A stretch of 60,918 bases of DNA, filler included. It is 3 parts of 3 records of this genome, joined end to end, with 100 filler letters (N's around TTAATTAATTAA, not from the genome) between each part and the next. Parts side by side here need not be neighbours in the genome. Positions count along the whole stretch, not along the records: positions 29,799 to 60,918 come from SRR20825006_879; 2 more parts are not named here. One strand, 5' to 3'. The notes under the pieces were generated by a model. It was not told the origin of the DNA and did no database searches. It was given only the letters and a program-made list of their open reading frames with translations. A program made the position numbers and the translations under genes. Each line of letters opens with the position of its first letter. The first letter of the stretch is position 1. This document shows positions 57,552 to 60,918 of this stretch, piece after piece.

Positions 57552-58952
57552 CTATTTTTCGATGGAGTAGCCCGCATTTTTCCAAGCACTCATGCTGCCT
57601 GGGACGTTGTGGACATGCTGGAACCCGTTTCGTTGCAACACACTCGCAGCGATGCTGGCCCGATATCCGCTGCCACAATAGACCGCGACAGGTTGGTCGC
57701 GTTTCAGATCCAACTCGCCGTTGACGCCATCTCTCATTTCAGCGACGTAGTGATGTTTCGCTCCTGAAATTCGATTGGACTTATATTCCGAAGGAGCGCG
57801 AACATCGAGGATCTGAAACTCACTTTTGTGTTCCTTCAAGTCATGAACGGTGAGTTGAGGTGTCGTCGACAACGGCAGACCGGCGTTGTCCCAGGCTTTC
57901 ATGCCACCGACGAGATAGCCCTCGAAGCGATGCAATCCGACGACCGCAAAGTGCCAAGCGACCCAGTCCAATTGGGTTTCGTCTTCCACGACCAGCAAGA
58001 TCGGCCGATCGTAGTCGAGCATGTCACCGGCCCACACAGATAGTTCTGGACGGTCGCCCAGATTGATTGCACCTTCAATGTGTCCTCCACCAAACGCAAG
58101 CATTTGACGCGTGTCGACGAGCTGTGCTCGGCCGGATTGAATTGCATCTTGAAATCGCTTCGGAGGCAAGCCCGGAACGACAGGGACGTGGCCGATCAGT
58201 TCGGGGCCCTTGGCGTTGATCTTTTTGAGAATGGGATAGTGCTGCGGCACGGGAGGGGCACCCTCGCTGACGAACGTCGCAAATTCGTCGAAGTCATCAT
58301 GCTGCAAGAACGCATTGTTTTTTCGTTCCTGGCCAATGGTGGTCATTGGTCGCTCGCCGATGCTGGCCCCGCAAGCGGAACCCGCTCCGTGACAGGGGTA
58401 AACGATGACGTCATCGGCCAGATTCAGGTAGTAATCACGAAGGGTCGCGAAGAGTTGCTTGGTGAGCTCTTCGGTTTCTTCCTCCCCCAACAAATCAGGG
58501 CGACCTGCGGATCCGACGAAGAGGGAGTCGCCACTGAGGACACCCCATGGTTCGTCCGGTGACTCGGAATCAGCCAGCTCATACGATAAATGTTCGGGTG
58601 TATGACCAGGCGTGTGCCGTGCAGTGATCTTCGTGGATCCAAATTCAAAGGAATCGCCGTCACTGATCTTTTGAACGTCGAATCCATAGTTGGCATCCCC
58701 TTCGCCGCTCGCGAAAATGTTTGCGTTGCCGACTCTGGATTGGAGTTCACGCGAACCGCTCATGAAGTCCGCGTGAATGTGAGTCTCGAAGATGTGTGTG
58801 ATCGCGACGCCGTGTTTGCGACTGAGTTGGACGTAAGACTCGACGTTGGGTTGCGGGTCGATGACCGCCGCGGTTCCACTGCTGTCGTCACCGATCAAAT
58901 AAGACAGTTGCGAGATTCCTTCGGTTTGAATGGTCTCAAAAATCATGGTCAT
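57552..58952 (-). CDS. MBL-fold persulfide dioxygenase-like protein with two rhodanese domains (CstB-like)
   Basis: ETHIHADF, HTPGHT, GDSLF, PCHGAGSACG, C-terminal VYCGSGYRA. Confidence 0.88.
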   Translation of the reverse strand: MTMIFETIQTEGISQLSYLIGDDSSGTAAVIDPQPNVESYVQLSRKHGVAITHIFETHIHADFMSGSRELQSRVGNANIFASGEGDANYGFDVQKISDGDSFEFGSTKITARHTPGHTPEHLSYELADSESPDEPWGVLSGDSLFVGSAGRPDLLGEEETEELTKQLFATLRDYYLNLADDVIVYPCHGAGSACGASIGERPMTTIGQERKNNAFLQHDDFDEFATFVSEGAPPVPQHYPILKKINAKGPELIGHVPVVPGLPPKRFQDAIQSGRAQLVDTRQMLAFGGGHIEGAINLGDRPELSVWAGDMLDYDRPILLVVEDETQLDWVAWHFAVVGLHRFEGYLVGGMKAWDNAGLPLSTTPQLTVHDLKEHKSEFQILDVRAPSEYKSNRISGAKHHYVAEMRDGVNGELDLKRDQPVAVYCGSGYRASIAASVLQRNGFQHVHNVPGSMSAWKNAGYSIEK

Positions 58953-59045
58953 TGGACTCACCTGGATGTCGAAGAAGAAGTGGCAGTGGAACTCTGCTGG
59001 TTCAGTTGCCGCGAATGAGCGACCGCGGCACGAATCCACAGAGGA

Positions 59046-59507
59046 TCAGCTCGTGGCGGCTTGCGTGCGGTTGTCGACGTACTCCTTCACGAATTTTTCC
59101 AGTTCGGGTTTATCGCATTCGAAGCCCATCTCTTTGGCTTGTTCGAGTGCCTGATCACCCGAGACACCTTGTTCGACCGCGGTGTGCATCATCATCATCG
59201 CCCCGGCCCGTTTGCCGCTCTTGCAGTGAGCAAAAACCGGTTTGGGAAGCGACTGGTACTGCTCGCGAAATTGATCGACTTTCTTTTCGTCCATGCCATC
59301 CATCGAAACGGGAACGTGCAGATACTTCAAACCGGTTGCCCGCACGGCCTCGCCTTCCTCCTCGGGAGACAAGGGCTGCTCGTCCTCTCCTGCGGTTCGA
59401 AAGTTGATCACGGAACGAAATCCATCGTCTGGCAAAGATTTCAGTTCGTCTTGGCTGGGTTGTGGGCCGACGGTCAATTGGTCGTTGAATTTCATTCGAT
59501 TTGACAT
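59046..59507 (-). CDS. DUF442/Blh-type sulfurtransferase (phosphatase-like fold)
   Basis: VGPQP, GFRSVINFRTAGE, YLHVPV, PVFAHCKSGKRA. Confidence 0.85.
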   Translation of the reverse strand: MSNRMKFNDQLTVGPQPSQDELKSLPDDGFRSVINFRTAGEDEQPLSPEEEGEAVRATGLKYLHVPVSMDGMDEKKVDQFREQYQSLPKPVFAHCKSGKRAGAMMMMHTAVEQGVSGDQALEQAKEMGFECDKPELEKFVKEYVDNRTQAATS

Positions 59508-59713
59508 GAGGAACTCCGTGTCCGAGGGGAATGTTTTGTTTGGGAAACGTCATCTGACGAAGAACAGACAGCAACTGATGTTCCAGACAAACGAGTCGGC
59601 AAGCACCGCGGTGCCGGAGCCAGTTGCCTCCGATTGCCTTCGCGAGCCAATACTGCGATCTCGTCGCGACATTGCGTGCCTGAAAAGCGGAGTGTGCGAA
59701 AGCTGGAGATCGA

Positions 59714-59729
59714 TGTGACGTACCGCACA
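59714..59729. promoter_or_regulatory. Possible CRP/FNR-family or enhancer-binding site
   Basis: TGTGA-CGTACC-GCACA, 9/10 match to TGTGA-N6-TCACA, in a divergent intergenic region. Confidence 0.45.
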
Positions 59730-59769
59730 CTTCCGGTCGCTTGAGTGCCGGAAAACCGGCTTGGTCGGT

Positions 59770-59786
59770 TTGGCACCAAGATTGCA
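59770..59786 (+). promoter_or_regulatory. Sigma-54 promoter of the USP gene
   Basis: TTGGCACCAAGATTGCA: GG(59772-73)-N10-GC(59784-85), near-consensus. Confidence 0.75.
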
Positions 59787-59870
59787 ATTTTGCGAGCAGG
59801 ATCACCGCTGCGAGCGATCAGGCGTTGCTACCCAGAATCGGGATCGCATTTCAAACCAGGAGTCAGAGTC

Positions 59871-60782
59871 ATGCACAACGTTCTGTTGGCCATTGATGGG
59901 TCGAACGCTTCGGAAGAAGCCGCCAAGTCTTTTGCTCGTATCCCACACTTTGACCCGGTTGATTTGACACTGGTGTCGGTTGTGCATCGACGATTTGTTC
60001 ACGGTAGCTATTCGACCAATGAACTGATCGAAAAAGCGTATGAGCAAGATCGTATGAACGCTTTGCGAAGTCTGGATCGCATCGCTGAGCTGTTTGACGG
60101 TGCGAACGTTCGCGTGCGATCGGAACTGATCGAAGGCGTCGTTGGCGAATCCATCGTGCAAAAAGCGAAAGATATCCGGGCTGATCTGGTGGTGGTGGGG
60201 GCAACCGGGCACTCGCAAATCAGCCGCATGTTGTTGGGAAGTATCAGCGACTTCGTTGCGACTCATTCACCGTGCAGCGTGTTGGTGGTGCGGCCCCAAG
60301 CCATTCCCAAACCATCCGCACCACTCAAGGTTTGCTTGGGTTACGAGGGCACCGGTCCCTGCCAAGCCGCGTTGGAAGAATTGAAAGAAAGTCCCTGGCG
60401 CGGGAAAACGGAGTTGCATGTCGTTTCGGTTGCCGCTTGTTTGAATGAGATGTACGCCGATTCGGACTGTGTTCAGCACTACAAGGATCAACTTGCCCAA
60501 GCAAAGGAACAGCTCGAAGAAGTGTCGGATTCTGTGACGACCCACTTCATCGAGGACATTCACTACGGCGAAGGCATCACGCGTTTTGTAGAAACTCATG
60601 ACATCAATCTCGTTGTCTTGGGTGAAACACCTCGATCGCAATTCAGTCGTTTTCTCTTGGGAAGCACATCTCAGTACGTGCTCAGACACGTTCCTTGCAG
60701 TGTGTGGATCACACGCAATCGAATGATTGAGGGATTGAAGGCGAAACAGTCCAAATCGAATTCACGCTCAGCGTTGAACTGA
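59871..60782 (+). CDS. Tandem-domain universal stress protein
   Basis: VLLAIDGS, DLVVVGATG..LLGSISDFV..SPCSVLVV; second LLGSTSQYVLRHVPCSV; AGGAG RBS. Confidence 0.93.
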   Translation: MHNVLLAIDGSNASEEAAKSFARIPHFDPVDLTLVSVVHRRFVHGSYSTNELIEKAYEQDRMNALRSLDRIAELFDGANVRVRSELIEGVVGESIVQKAKDIRADLVVVGATGHSQISRMLLGSISDFVATHSPCSVLVVRPQAIPKPSAPLKVCLGYEGTGPCQAALEELKESPWRGKTELHVVSVAACLNEMYADSDCVQHYKDQLAQAKEQLEEVSDSVTTHFIEDIHYGEGITRFVETHDINLVVLGETPRSQFSRFLLGSTSQYVLRHVPCSVWITRNRMIEGLKAKQSKSNSRSALN

Positions 60783-60850
60783 AGTCGTTTGCTTCGATCA
60801 GCAATGAGTCATCGGTTGATGTCAATCGATCGTTGGCTTGGCGTTCAGAA

Positions 60851-60870
60851 CGTAGCGTGAAAACGCTACG
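60851..60870 (+). terminator. GAAA-tetraloop hairpin downstream of USP (terminator or REP)
   Basis: CGTAGCGT-GAAA-ACGCTACG; no U-tract. Confidence 0.45.
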
Positions 60871-60918
60871 GAAATTGGCCATTGGGCGTTAGCGGGCTGT
60901 TGATTTAATGAGCCGTAC

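Noticed and set aside
29799-60918. Horizontally acquired island in the deltaproteobacterial genome
   Set aside because: The boundary is an artificial spacer and there is no integrase or att site; a different organism is the simpler explanation.

Overview
The window is not one continuous locus. Three contigs are joined by 100-bp artificial spacers (N44-TTAATTAATTAA-N44 at 16610-16709 and 29699-29798). Contigs 1 (1-16609) and 2 (16710-29698) look like one high-GC predatory/gliding deltaproteobacterium (Myxococcota/Bradymonadales-like), based on an AgmX/PglI-type domain, a myxobacterial Cys-rich repeat and a shared palindromic repeat. Contig 1 carries a LolCDE/LolA-like ABC operon extended by an AAC(3)-family acetyltransferase and an alpha/beta hydrolase, a divergent DUF2252 lipoprotein-porin-lamin-tail lipoprotein operon, an orphan fliO, two parS sites and polA. 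Contig 2 carries two lipoproteins, a fructosamine kinase, rdgB, a di-heme peroxidase, a DMT transporter and a kinase-pseudocyclase-STAND gene directly upstream of cheB-cheR. Contig 3 (29799-60918) looks like a Rhodopirellula-type planctomycete: a matrixin/ECF sigma/Ser-Thr kinase cassette, redox enzymes, an RND pump, nrfHA with a CxxCH first heme, sulfur-transfer genes, a MerR regulator and a USP. No rRNA, tRNA, CRISPR array or transposase was recognised. The best candidates for undescribed biology are the exported kinase-like DUF2252/porin/lamin-tail operon, the NrfA combining a CxxCH first heme with a Tyr-x-Cys motif, and the kinase-STAND-CheB-CheR unit. All family assignments come from motif recognition by eye; no database search was run.
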